Shown: piece after piece, positions 10,563-21,042 of the stretch
Numbering within the stretch: position 1 is the first letter of the stretch
Layout: every line of letters begins with the position of its first letter
Source of the DNA: an uncultured Planctomycetota bacterium
Lineage (GTDB): Bacteria > Planctomycetota > Planctomycetia > Gemmatales > Gemmataceae
NCBI GenBank assembly: GCA_963849325.1
Contig: CAWKHF010000012.1
Span: 288,001 to 352,000 of the forward strand
DNA length: 64,000 nt
Direction of reading: 5' to 3'
The notes under the pieces: generated by a model
Databases searched by the model: none
The model's input: only the letters and a program-made list of their open reading frames with translations
Told to the model about the DNA's origin: nothing
Position numbers and translations under genes: made by a program

Positions 10563-12255
10563 TCACCCCGCCGGCTCGGCGCCGACGACGAACGGCAGCG
10601 TGAGTCCCTTCTGGTCTTGGTACTTGCCACGCTTGTCGCCGTAGCTGGTCTGGCACACGGCTTCGCCGCGCAGAAACAGGATCTGGGCGATGCCCTCGCC
10701 GGCATAGATCTTCGCCGGCAGGGGAGTCGTATTGGAGATCTCGATGGTCACTTTTCCGCGCCACTCGGGCTCCAGGGGCGTTACATTCACGATAATGCCG
10801 CAATTGTGCGTGAAGACCCCGGCTTCGAGCGCGAAGTTAGCGGCCTCGGGGACGGTGAGGCAGTAAACGTCGTGGATGCCGGGAACCGAGCGAATGGCAG
10901 CAACCTTGTGGTTGCGTTGGGGGCGATGGCCGCGGAACGCTTCGATCAATCCAGGGAAGCGGCGAAACACGGAGCGATCGCAGTTCAACAAACGCGCGGC
11001 GGCGCGGACGGAGCCTGTCTCGTGGAGTGCGGCTCGCACGATTTCCTCGGTAATCTCCTGTCGCGTTCGGATGGCGCGGGCCACCTCCGCTTGCTTGCGT
11101 CGGCGGCTGCCGTCATCCTTGGCCCAAGCGGAGCGCGTCAGGCCTGCGATTGCCGTTCGCGCTCGGCGGGATCGAGGTAACGGCGGAGCATGGCTTGCCG
11201 GTGCGCTTCGCGGGTGGCATCCGAGATGTCCTGACGCTGAGCCAGCAGACGGTCACGAGCGATGGCGTACTCTTCGTCGTGCCAAAAACGCATCGCACGT
11301 TCTCGTTGCGACAACGAATACCGGGCCCGCCATTCCGGATCTTCCCGCAGGGCCGCCAGCGCCGCCCGAATGGCCGCGCTGTGCTCGTCGGGGTCGAAGT
11401 CTTCTCCATAACTCTCCGCGTTATGATGGCGGATGTGCTCGTTGACGCCCATCCGCACGATGTTCCACGGACGGTTGTTGCGCCGGTCGTGATCGACGTG
11501 GTGCCGATGCGTGTCGGGAAGATTGGGATACACCTGATGGCGGAGGTTCCAATCGTCGGCCAGCCGGTGCGTCGGGTAGAGGTAGCCGTTCAATGGCTGG
11601 TAGACAATCTCATACCCGCGCGACAAGTGGCGGTACAGCGGCATGAGCGAATCGCCGGGCGCAGTTGATTCGCCTCGGTCATGCGGCCATCGCGCCGCAG
11701 GAAGAGATGGTCCGGGGTGCAAAAGATCGATTCGCCGTTGTCGAGGACGATTTCTTGTAAGGCGTCGCGGCCGATGTAGCGGGGCTGTTCGAGCAGCGTC
11801 ACCATGATCCGGCCGTGCGGGCCGATGCTATAGCCCCAGAACATCTCTCCCGCCTCAGCCCGCCGGGCCATCTCCTCCAGCGTCGGGGCGCTACCGTCCA
11901 CCAGGGCGACGCGGGTGTCGCCGCGGAAACAACGCGCATACGTCGATTTCCCGACGCAGACGCAGAGAATATCGCGTGGGATCTCCAGATACTCCACGGT
12001 TTCGGCGAGTGCGAAGCTGTTCGGGGGAATGAGACAATAATCCCCTTCAATGTCCACGAATGACGCCGGATCGAAGTTCTTGGGATCGACGACGGCGCAG
12101 CGGGCGTTGGTAAACACTTTGAAGTGCCGGCCGACGCGGACATCGTAGCCGTAGCTGGAGACGCCGTAGGAGATCACGCCCGGACGCAGGGCGCTTTCGG
12201 CGAACGGCTCAATCTTGATCTCGCGCAGGATCTGCCAGTCGGCGAGCACGCCCAT
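10563..12255 (-). CDS. dcd: dCTP deaminase, intein-containing
   Basis: [61 protein letters not shown]. Confidence 0.95.
10803..11931 (-). mobile_element. Intein with HNH endonuclease in dCTP deaminase (~375 aa, two apparent frameshifts)
   Basis: Starts [13 protein letters not shown], block B CTPDH, HNH motif [12 protein letters not shown]...EH..HH, ends [21 protein letters not shown] then extein Cys. Confidence 0.92.
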
Positions 12256-12574
12256 GGGTGTCCTCCCTTGTCGCAAGGCGCTCGTTGGTCCCCAGCACCT
12301 TACTTTGCCCTGTCCTCGCCCCCCTTGCAAGTCGAGAGCGGAGGGAGGCAACGGCGCGGCCAACGCCGCAGGCGCAGCTGTGCCGGGATTGCCCCGATTG
12401 CCTCACGGGGGGAGACGACGCCTTTTGCCAGATTCGCCAACTGTAGCGAAAACAGCGACCCTCGGCGGAGGAACGAAAGGAGATCACCCGATTGAACTTG
12501 ACTCGACGTGGAGGAAGTGCGCTACAGTTTCGGCGAGCGTCGCCGCGGCGTTAGCTCGTGAAGAGGAGGTTGTC

Positions 12575-13408
12575 ATGTCCCCGGTCCTGCCCATCCTGTG
12601 CGTCCTGCTCGGCGCCGCACCGGCCATCGAAACGCAGTTCGTCCAGGTCGCGCCGGATCGGCCGCAACGACGCTGGTGGTCCACGCCCGGACAGACGCGG
12701 GCCGTCGTGCTCATCCACGGCCTGTACGTCCATCCCTTCAGCAAGACCAACGTCACTCGCGCGCATCTGCACAGCTGGCAGACGCCGAATTGCCTGCTGG
12801 TCAAACGACTCGCCGCCGACGCGGACGTGTTCGCCTTCTCCTACGCCCAGACCGTCAGTGCCGACGAGGTCGCCGAGTGCCCGGAGCTGGAAGGGCAAGT
12901 GCGCCGACTCCGCCGCGAAGGATATCGGGAGATTGTGCTGATCGGCCACAGCGCCGGCGGCGTCATCGCCCGGCAGTTCGTCGAGGACCATCCCGACTGC
13001 GGCGTGACCAAGGTGATTCAGGTGTGTACGCCCAACGCCGGCTCGGGCTGGGCGAAGTGGCAGACGGTGCGCTCCAACCAGATCGAGTTTCTCGAATCGC
13101 TGAGCAAGCCGGTTCGCCGTCGCTGTCTCTCGGAGCGAGCGGACAAGCAGGTGCCGGCCGGGATTGAGTTCGCCTGCATCGTCGGCACCGGCACCGTCGT
13201 CGGCGATGGTCTGGTATCGACCCGTTCGCAGTACACGCCGGATCTGCAGCGTCAACTCATCCCCGTGTATCCGTTCAACGCCACGCACTGGACGGTGCTG
13301 CGCAGTCACAAGGGGGCCGAACTGGTGGCCCGCCTGGTGCGGGAACCCCAGCCGCGTTGGGATGCGGAACACGTGGCGGAAGTGTGCCGCCGTATCTGGC
13401 GCGATTGA
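12575..13408 (+). CDS. Secreted alpha/beta hydrolase (lipase-like)
   Basis: SD GAGGAGGT; signal-like N-terminus; VLIHG, LIGHSAGG nucleophile elbow, GDGLVS, H near C-terminus. Confidence 0.85.
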   Translation: MSPVLPILCVLLGAAPAIETQFVQVAPDRPQRRWWSTPGQTRAVVLIHGLYVHPFSKTNVTRAHLHSWQTPNCLLVKRLAADADVFAFSYAQTVSADEVAECPELEGQVRRLRREGYREIVLIGHSAGGVIARQFVEDHPDCGVTKVIQVCTPNAGSGWAKWQTVRSNQIEFLESLSKPVRRRCLSERADKQVPAGIEFACIVGTGTVVGDGLVSTRSQYTPDLQRQLIPVYPFNATHWTVLRSHKGAELVARLVREPQPRWDAEHVAEVCRRIWRD

Positions 13409-13423
13409 TCCGCCTCGCGGCGA

Positions 13424-13816
13424 TTAACCGACGAGCGAGGGCCAGCTGGGCGGGCGGCCGTCCTCATCGACGGAAAAGCTACAGAGGGTCTGTTCGGCCT
13501 CGAGCGTCGGCCGGTCGATGACGCCCATGCCGACGAGAATGTCGCCCAGCGACGGACTTCGCCTCACCTGGACGCGCAACAACTCCTCCAACCCCTGCTC
13601 GCTCAGAAAGCCCAACTCCACGGCGATCCGGCCAAAGGGCCGGTGTTGCTGGGCCTGGACGCTCAGGATCTTGAAGACTTGCCCCATGCTCAGGTGGCCG
13701 GTTTGCACGGCAAGTTGGCCAATGGGAGTTCGACTCTTCATCTGCTGGTCGAGCGCCTGAACCACCTGCTCTGCCTTCACCAGCCCTTTGCGCACCAACT
13801 CGGTTGCCAGCCGCAT
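13424..13816 (-). CDS. Stand-alone MshEN-like (c-di-GMP-binding type) repeat protein
   Basis: Four repeats resembling RLGxxLvxxGxxxxxxLxxxLxxQ. Confidence 0.7.
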   Translation of the reverse strand: MRLATELVRKGLVKAEQVVQALDQQMKSRTPIGQLAVQTGHLSMGQVFKILSVQAQQHRPFGRIAVELGFLSEQGLEELLRVQVRRSPSLGDILVGMGVIDRPTLEAEQTLCSFSVDEDGRPPSWPSLVG

Positions 13817-14142
13817 GGGACCAACGCCTCCTCAGGAAAGATCGGGCTTCCAAGCAGAAGCATAGCACGGGATCAAGGGAGTGGCGGCGTCGCTTATGCC
13901 ATGATGGCCCGCCGCGCCGCGGGCCGTGTCAACGATCCTCCTACCCTTCGTCGAGGATGGGTATGGAAGGACGCCCGCCACTCTCGTGGTGGCGTGGGGA
14001 ATGACAAGAACGATCAATGCGTTGCCCGCAGACGATGCGGGCGAGAATCATTCCGTATTCCGGCGACTGTGCCGAGGAAGTGGGGGCGAAAGGACGTGCT
14101 CGGGCGTTGGCAAGACGCTTCCCTGGAAGCGAATGCGCGGCC

Positions 14143-14385
14143 TCAGGTCATAACGCGCGCCCGGCGACCGCCCTTGCGACCGGCCTCGCGCGCTTCCTCC
14201 GACGTGAAACGGTGGGCCGTGCCGCGCGAATGGGCCGCCTGGCCGCCCTTGCGTCCGGCCTCCCGAGCCTCTTCGGACGTGAACTCGTGGGCCGTGCCCT
14301 TCTCGTGCGCCGCCCGGCCGCCCTTGCTGGCGATTTCCCGCTGCCGGTTCGCATCCATGCTGGCAAATCCACGCTTTCGGTTCAT
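14143..14385 (-). CDS. KGG-repeat general stress protein (YciG/GsiB/Con-10-like)
   Basis: RGFASMD..RQREIASKGG, repeated FTSEEAREAGRKGG. Confidence 0.92.
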   Translation of the reverse strand: MNRKRGFASMDANRQREIASKGGRAAHEKGTAHEFTSEEAREAGRKGGQAAHSRGTAHRFTSEEAREAGRKGGRRARVMT

Positions 14386-14558
14386 GAGAGGAACTCCTCA
14401 CCTCTATGGTTAAGGATGTGCCCCGCCCGGCCAACGCCGAGCCTGGGCGTCCACTACTACCGAGAAGTAGATGCAAACGAAGTGCCCAAAATGAGTACGA
14501 GGGACAAGAAGGCGGAGAACGCCTGCCGGATGAGTCGGCGAAGGCCCCGGAGCCGAAC

Positions 14559-14588
14559 TTGACCCGGACGAACCGGGTCTCTTAGAAT
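14559..14588 (+). promoter_or_regulatory. sigma70-type promoter, probably near-leaderless transcript
   Basis: TTGACC-18 nt-TAGAAT ending 8 nt before ATG 14597. Confidence 0.55.
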
Positions 14589-14596
14589 CCGCCCTC

Positions 14597-15365
14597 ATGA
14601 AACAGCTTCAGTACGTGGTAACGGGGACCGGCCGCTCCGGCACGGTCTACCTGGCCAATCTGTTGACCCAGTGTGGTTTGCCGTGCGGCCACGAGAGCGT
14701 GTTCACGCCCCTGGGGCTGGACGAGGCCCTTGCCGCGCCTGGAAGGCCGCTCGGCGATTCAGGTCAGCGCCATCTCGCGGCAGTCCTGCGGCGACTGGTT
14801 CGGCGGCAGCAAAGACTTGGTCGCCGATTCGAGCTACATGGCCGCTCCGTTTCTCGACCACGCCATCCTGCACGAGGCGCACGTCCTCCACGTCGTGCGC
14901 CATCCGATGGACGTCATCAACTCCTTCGTGGTGGGATTGAACTATTTCCAGCAGTGGCTCCCGTCCGACCCGTGGCACTGGTTCATCTACACGCACGTCC
15001 CGGAGTTGCGCTGGATTATCATCCGCTGGAGCGGGCCGCCCTGTACTACGTCCGCTGGAACCGCCTGATCGAGACGCGCTCGGCCGGCAAGCCGTACTTC
15101 TTCTGCCAGCTGGAGACGATTGCGAGTCCGCTGTTGGCCTACCTGGGACGGCACTGCGCCGACGAAACCTTGCTGTGGCGCGCGCAGGGTCAACAGCCGC
15201 ATGGACGGCAAGCCGGAGTATACGTTCGCGGACATTCCGTCCGGCCCCATCCGCGCGGAGCTGCGCGACCTCGCGGAGCGCTACGGCTACACCCTGCCGG
15301 GGGGCGGCTCGCGGCGTCGGAAGCTGTGGCGGCGGATGTGGGGCGCTGTGCGCATCGGGGCATAA
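14597..15365 (+). CDS. Sulfotransferase-like P-loop protein (frameshifted)
   Basis: VVTGTGRSGT PAPS-binding loop, CGHE, HVVRHPMDVINS, C-terminal LAERYGY; pieced across three frames. Confidence 0.7.
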
Positions 15366-15397
15366 AGGGCCGGCAACGAGGGACAATGCGGCCGGCA

Positions 15398-15426
15398 TTG
15401 ACAGGAAAAAGAGGGCGGGATAGGAT
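15398..15426 (+). promoter_or_regulatory. sigma70-type promoter upstream of glf
   Basis: TTGACA-17 nt-TAGGAT. Confidence 0.6.
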
Positions 15427-15553
15427 CAGCCCACTTCGTTACGATCGAATCCGGAAAGACCGGGCATCCGCCACGGATCGCGCAGACGACACACGCACTC
15501 CGTATCCGACCAACCGGCGGACGGGGACGAGTCCGAAGCCAAGGATAAGGCGC

Positions 15554-16718
15554 ATGCTCGACGACGTCGATCTTCTCATTTGCGGGGCGGGCCCGGTGGG
15601 CTGTGTTCTCGCCGAGCGTGCCGCCCGCGTGCTGGGTTGGCGTGTCCTGATCGTCGATCGCCGCCGCCACATCGCCGGCAATTGCTACGACTCCCGCCAC
15701 GCCAACGGCGTCCTCATCCACAATTACGGTCCCCATTATTTCCGAACCCGAGACGAATCGCTGCTGAAATACCTGTCGCACTTCACCGACTGGATTCCGG
15801 CACGCTACGAAGTCAAGAGCCTGGTGCGCGGCGAGCTGTTCCCCTTCCCGATCAACCTGACGACGCTGGAACAGTTCTTCAAGCGATCCGTTGACCGCCG
15901 AGGAGGCGGACGCCCTGCTCGCCCGCCACCGTCGCTTCACGCCCCAGCCGCGCAACTCCGAGGAGTACGTGCTCGGCCGTGTCGGCCGCGAATTGTACGA
16001 GGCGTTCTATCTGAATTACACGCGCAAGCAGTGGGACATGCACCCGCGCGAGCTGGAGCCGACCGTCTGCGGACGCATCCCCGTGCGCCTCAATCGGGAC
16101 AACCGCTACGTCGATCATCGCTACCAGGTGATGCCGGCCCGCGGCTTCACGGCGCTGTTCGGACGCATGCTCCGCCACCGCAATATCCGCGTCCTGCTGG
16201 ACTGCCCTTTTCAGGAGGTGCGCCACCTGGTCCGGCCGCGCCGGGCCACCGTCTATACCGGCCCCATCGATGAATACTTCGAGTGGCGGCTCGGCCGGTT
16301 GCCGTATCGCTCTTTGCGGTTCGATTGGGTTGCCTACCCGACGGAATACAAGCAGCCGTGCGTGCAGATCAACTATCCCAATGATTCGCCGTACACGCGC
16401 TCCGTCGAGATCAAGCACGTCACGGGGCAGAAGCATCCGGAAACGGTCGTCAGCTACGAACGGCCGTGCGGACAGGGCGAGCCGTATTATCCGGTGCCGA
16501 AGGCGGACAACCTCGCCCTGTATCGCCGCTATCAGCAGCTGGCCGAGGAGGAGACGCGGCGACGCCGCGTCTGGTTCTGCGGCCGGCTGGCCCAGTACCG
16601 TTATTTCAACACCGACGAGGTGATTCGGGAGGCCTTGCAGTGCTTCGAGGACATCCGCAAACGCTGTCCGAACGACGCCCCGCCATCTGCTTTGTCGCCA
16701 ATGACTTCGACTACGTGA
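15554..16718 (+). CDS. glf: UDP-galactopyranose mutase (frameshift near 15890; may be fused to the downstream glycosyltransferase)
   Basis: ICGAGPVG, HIAGNCYD, HNYGPHYF, YTRKQW, LPYRSL, EPYYPVP, GRLAQYRYFNTD. Confidence 0.92.
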
Positions 16719-19019
16719 TGCGCAACGGCGGCATCGGCACGTACAACTGGCTGATGGCGCACCTGCTGGCGCAGCCAGGGCTGGGACGTCCACGTTCTCT
16801 ACTGCGGGGGGATGCGGCAGCGCAAGGAGATGCTGGCCGTGGCGCGAGCGGCTACGCCAGGCCGGCATCGGCTGGTCCTACCTGCCGGATTTCGAGGAGT
16901 CGGTCGAGTTGGCCGTCGAGGGCATCACCGACATCGTGCAGGTCTACTTCAGCGAGCGCGTCCGCTACGCGCTGGAGGAACTGCACCGCCGGCATCGTTT
17001 CGACCTGATCGAGTTCGGCGAGTGGGGAGCGCTGGGCTTCCGCTGCGTCCAGGCCAAGCGCGCCGGCCTGGCCTTCCAGGACGTTCGCCTGATCGTCAAG
17101 CTGCACAGCTCCAGCCAGTGGATGCGCGAGGGCAACCACCAGTGGCTGGCCGACCCCAACGAGGTCGAGGTCGATTACTGCGAGCGCTACGCCTTCGAGC
17201 ACGCCGACGTTCAGCTCAGCCCCTCGCGCTACATGCTCGACTACGCCCGGCAGATCGGCTGGGACGTGCGTCCCGATGCACGGGTCATCGCCGTATCGCT
17301 TACCCGGAGCCGGAGTTCACGCCGGCGGCGGCCGCCTGGCCCTGGTGTGCCGGAGTTGGTGTTCTTCGGCCGGCTGGAGACGCGCAAGGGGCTGGAGGTA
17401 TTCGTTCGCGCCGTGCGGCAGCTGGACCCGTCCGTGAAGGTGACGTTCCTGGGCCGCGTCAACCCAGATGAACGACAGCCGTAGCTCTCTGGAGTACATC
17501 AAGGAGCAGTTGGCCGGTCGGTCGTACACGCTGCTGACCGACTACAACCGCGAGCAGGCGCTGCGTTACCTCGCGTCCGGCGATCGCCTGGCCGATCATC
17601 GCTTCGCTGGCGGAGAACTCGCCCTTCACCGTCATCGAATGCGTCCTCAACGGTCTGCCGTTTCTGGCCTCGCGCGTCGGCGGTATCCCGGAGCTGTTGC
17701 CCGACGAGTGGTTCCAGGGTCGCCTGCTGTTCGAGCCGAATGCAGCCGACCTGCTGCGCTGTCTGCACGCCTACCTGGACTTGCCGGCATCCGATCGCGC
17801 CGAACTATGGCAGGCGACGCGACGCGCCACCCACGTCGCCGAGCACAATCGCGCCGCGGCCGAACTCTATGGCGAGCTACTACGTCCGCCGAGCCGGGAG
17901 CGTCAGCGACCGGAGGAAAGTCCTCCAGTCGCTGACGCTCCCGGCTCGGCGGACGAGGAGAAACCGTTGGTGACGGTGGCCATCGCCTATTACAACCTGG
18001 GGGCGTATCTGCCGGAGACGCTGGCCTCGCTGGCGGCGCAGACGTATCCCCATCTCGAAGTGGTGGTCATCAACGACGGCTCCACGGACCCCCATTCGCG
18101 CGAGGTGTTCGAGCAGCAGCAGGCGCTGTACCCGCACTTTCGCTTCCTCAGCCAGGACAACGCCGGCATCGGCGCCACGCGCAACCGTGGATTGGCCGAG
18201 GCACGCGGGGAATACTTCATGCCGATGGACGCCGACAACGTGGCCCGTCCGGACATGATCGAGCGTTTCGTGTCGGCCCTGCGCCACAACCCGGACCTGG
18301 CCGCCCTGACGTGCTTCTGCCTGGCCTTCGAGGACTCAAGCGACCTGCAAAATCAGGAATTTCAGTACGCCTATCGCCCGACGGGTGGGCCGCACATCCT
18401 GGCCGGCGTCAAGAACGTCTACGGCGACGCCAACGCCATCTTCCGCACCGACGTTTTTCGCTCGGTCGGCGGCTACGAGACCGACCGCGACAGCTCGTGG
18501 GAAGACCTGGAGGCGTTCGTCAAGCTGGTCAACGCCGGCCATCGCCTCGACGTTCTGCCGGAGTACCTGTTTTATTACCGGCACCTGGAGACGGGCTTCT
18601 CGCGCATCACCGATACGTACCTGAATCAGCGGCGCGTGCTACGGCAGTATTTCCAGCTCAACAACCTATCCGTCGCCGAAGGCATGGCCCTGTGGACGAC
18701 CCTGGTCAGCCTGCACAAACGCAACGACGCCCTCGCCCTGCGCCTGACGTCGCTGCGCTACCGGATAGCGGACTCGGTTCACGAGTTGTTCGCCGGCGTA
18801 CCGGGCGTCAAGAAAAGCCTCAAATGGCTGCTGCAAGCGGCTGGGCGAGCCTGGCGATTCCTGACGACGCGCCGCGTCGCGGAGGAGGACGAACGTCCAC
18901 CGAAGCCGGAACGTCGTGGATCGGCGGAACCCAACCGCGAATCCGCGCCCCGGGTCGTTCGCCGCAGCGCCGTGGAGAACGGCCGGGCGGCGTTGACAGG
19001 GAACGGTCGGTTTTCGTAG
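16666..19019 (+). CDS. Bifunctional glycosyltransferase GT4 + GT2 (multiple frameshifts; no clear own start codon)
   Basis: GGIGTY, FFGRLETRKGL, SLAENSPFTVIEC...VGGIPE (GT4); VTVAIAYYN, VINDGSTD, MDADN (GT2). Confidence 0.8.
17883..17955. repeat. REP-like palindrome inside the GT4-GT2 linker, in frame
   Basis: CGTCCGCCGAGCCGGGAGCGTCAGCGAC...GTCGCTGACGCTCCCGGCTCGGCGGACG. Confidence 0.85.
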
Positions 19020-19091
19020 TATCCCGCTCGCGTTGGCCGGTTCGTCGGCGAACCGCAACTCGAAACCATTTCCCGGAAAGGACTCCGGCAC

Positions 19092-19724
19092 ATGAAATGT
19101 CTGTCGGCCCCCCTTCTGACGGCCCTGTTCGCTTCGCTCGTCGCTTTCGCCAGCCCGGCCCGAGCGGACTGGGTCTACACGACCAATCCCAGCCCACCCG
19201 GCTTGACCGTTACCAACGGCTCCGGGGCCACCGCCTCCAGCGCCTCGGTCCAGCTAACCCCTTTCAGCAATGCTACCGGCTCCTCGACGATTCCCGTTAT
19301 TGCCTACGTGACGTCGTCGGGCAGCACTCCGGTAACCTTCGACTCCGGTGATCCCAACACGCATTACCAGCTGACCCTGAACATCATGGACAATTCCACC
19401 CATGCGTCCAACACGTGGACCTTCAACGGCGCCATCACGGGGACGCTGGGGACGACGGGCTTGACGAACAGCCTCACGCCCGTCGGCAGCAGTACCTTCA
19501 GCCTGGGGAAAGACGTTTTCACCGTGACCATCCCCGACCAGGCGCTGACTGGACCGGGCCAGCAGAACATCATCGCCAACGTCACCGTCAACGGCGGCGG
19601 CGGCGGCGGGACCGTGTCCAGCACGCCGGAGCCGGCCAGCCTGGTGCTGGGCGGCCTGGGCTTCTCCTTCTTCGGCGCCGGCTGCTGGTTCAAACGCCGC
19701 CGTGATGTCACGCCGGTAGCGTGA
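19092..19724 (+). CDS. PEP-CTERM sorting-domain surface protein
   Basis: Signal peptide ending PARA-D, Ser/Thr/Gly-rich body, TPEPASLVL + TM + KRRR. Confidence 0.92.
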   Translation: MKCLSAPLLTALFASLVAFASPARADWVYTTNPSPPGLTVTNGSGATASSASVQLTPFSNATGSSTIPVIAYVTSSGSTPVTFDSGDPNTHYQLTLNIMDNSTHASNTWTFNGAITGTLGTTGLTNSLTPVGSSTFSLGKDVFTVTIPDQALTGPGQQNIIANVTVNGGGGGGTVSSTPEPASLVLGGLGFSFFGAGCWFKRRRDVTPVA

Positions 19725-19980
19725 CGGACGGAAGCGGAGGGGAGAGGAGGGGACGATTGACCCTGACCGTCTCGGCCGTTTACAATGCCCCTGGGACACT
19801 CCATGAGTCATCCCTCGGGCTGGGCCGTCGCCGACGGGTTTTGCCGGATGTCGCCCGTCGTGTGGGGCCGGCCGGGGCATCGCTCCTCCTCTCCCTCGGG
19901 TTCGCGCCCAACGGAGAGGTTGCCCGCGGGTGGAGTAGCGACCCGCAAGCGGCGACCTCGGCAGCGCGAAGGGCCTTTCG

Positions 19981-20817
19981 TTGATCCTCCTGGCGTTCTT
20001 CTTCCCCCTGGCCATCTATCTGCTCATTCTCGGCGTCCTCAACCGGCGCCGCCGTCCCCTGCTCGTCTCCGGCGTGTGGGACGGCATCGGTCTGTTATTC
20101 GGCGCCTCCGGCTTTCTCCTCTTCGCCGGCCCCGCCATCTTCAGCAGTCTCAGTGAACGCTGGCGGGCGTACTGGCTGCTCGGCCACGGCGGCGCCTCGA
20201 TGGCCGGGCCGGACGGCGCCTGGCAATTTTGGGTGTTCCTGTCGGTCCTGTATTTCCTGCTGGTTGTCGGCGGCGCCGCGTTCCTCTTGTGGCGGCAGCG
20301 CACGCTGACGGCCATCTACAACGTCGAGGCGGCGCAGGTCGAACGCGCCTTGACGCAAATCTGCGCGAAGCTGGGTCTCAACCCGGTGCAGTCCGGCGGC
20401 CTCTTCCTGTTTGGCCTGTCCCTCGGCCCGTCGTCAGAGCGGCGCGGCGCCAACGGGGAGCGCATCCAGGTGCCGCATCACCTGCCCGCCGCCGTCCGAG
20501 CCGTCGGCCGCGAACATCCGGAGACGATGCTCCAGCCGTCCGGGGAAGAACGGACGTCGCACGGCGCCGTTCTGGAACCGACGGCCATCCTGGAGTTGGA
20601 TCATTTTCCGCTGATGCGTCACGTCACGCTACGCTGGGATCCGGCGGATTGTCCTCTGCGCCCGGTCGTCGAGGCGGAGCTGAGTCAGTGCCTGGCGGAG
20701 ATGCCGGTGGGCGAAAGTCTTCTCGGCGGCTGGCTGCTGGGCCTGGGTTGTCTACTCCTCGCTTTCGAGTTCCTGGGCGCCTGTGTCGTGATCCTTCTCC
20801 ATGCGGTCCTCCGTTGA
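19981..20817 (+). CDS. Hypothetical membrane protein
   Basis: Several TM segments, host-like codon usage; TTGACC-18-TACAAT promoter-like site at 19757-19786. Confidence 0.7.
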   Translation: MILLAFFFPLAIYLLILGVLNRRRRPLLVSGVWDGIGLLFGASGFLLFAGPAIFSSLSERWRAYWLLGHGGASMAGPDGAWQFWVFLSVLYFLLVVGGAAFLLWRQRTLTAIYNVEAAQVERALTQICAKLGLNPVQSGGLFLFGLSLGPSSERRGANGERIQVPHHLPAAVRAVGREHPETMLQPSGEERTSHGAVLEPTAILELDHFPLMRHVTLRWDPADCPLRPVVEAELSQCLAEMPVGESLLGGWLLGLGCLLLAFEFLGACVVILLHAVLR

Positions 20818-20830
20818 CGGTTACTGCCTT

Positions 20831-20901
20831 CTCGTTTAGCCGCGACGCGCAGCGGAGCGCGGGACAGACCCGCGCTCCGCTGCGCGTCGCGGCTAAACGA
20901 G
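20831..20901. repeat. REP-like palindrome (GTTTAGCCGCGACGCG family)
   Basis: Long inverted arms; second copy at 21689-21748. Confidence 0.85.
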
Positions 20902-21042
20902 GAGGGAATGAGAAATTCACCGCCGCGCTCTTGCAACGGGTCGAGCCGGTTGAAATAATAATCCCTCTCCCATAGAACGTAAGTTCGGGACACCCGCGCG
21001 GTCGTGTGGTGTCCCCTTTATGTTTGTCAGCGAGACGCGAAC

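Noticed and set aside
12256-12570. Cobalamin riboswitch upstream of dcd-nrdJ
   Set aside because: A GCCAACTGTA resemblance is on the wrong strand and the GGGAA/B12-box elements are missing
14597-16273. 558-aa sulfotransferase-Glf ORF
   Set aside because: The middle is out-of-frame sequence and a promoter sits at 15398-15426; two separate genes
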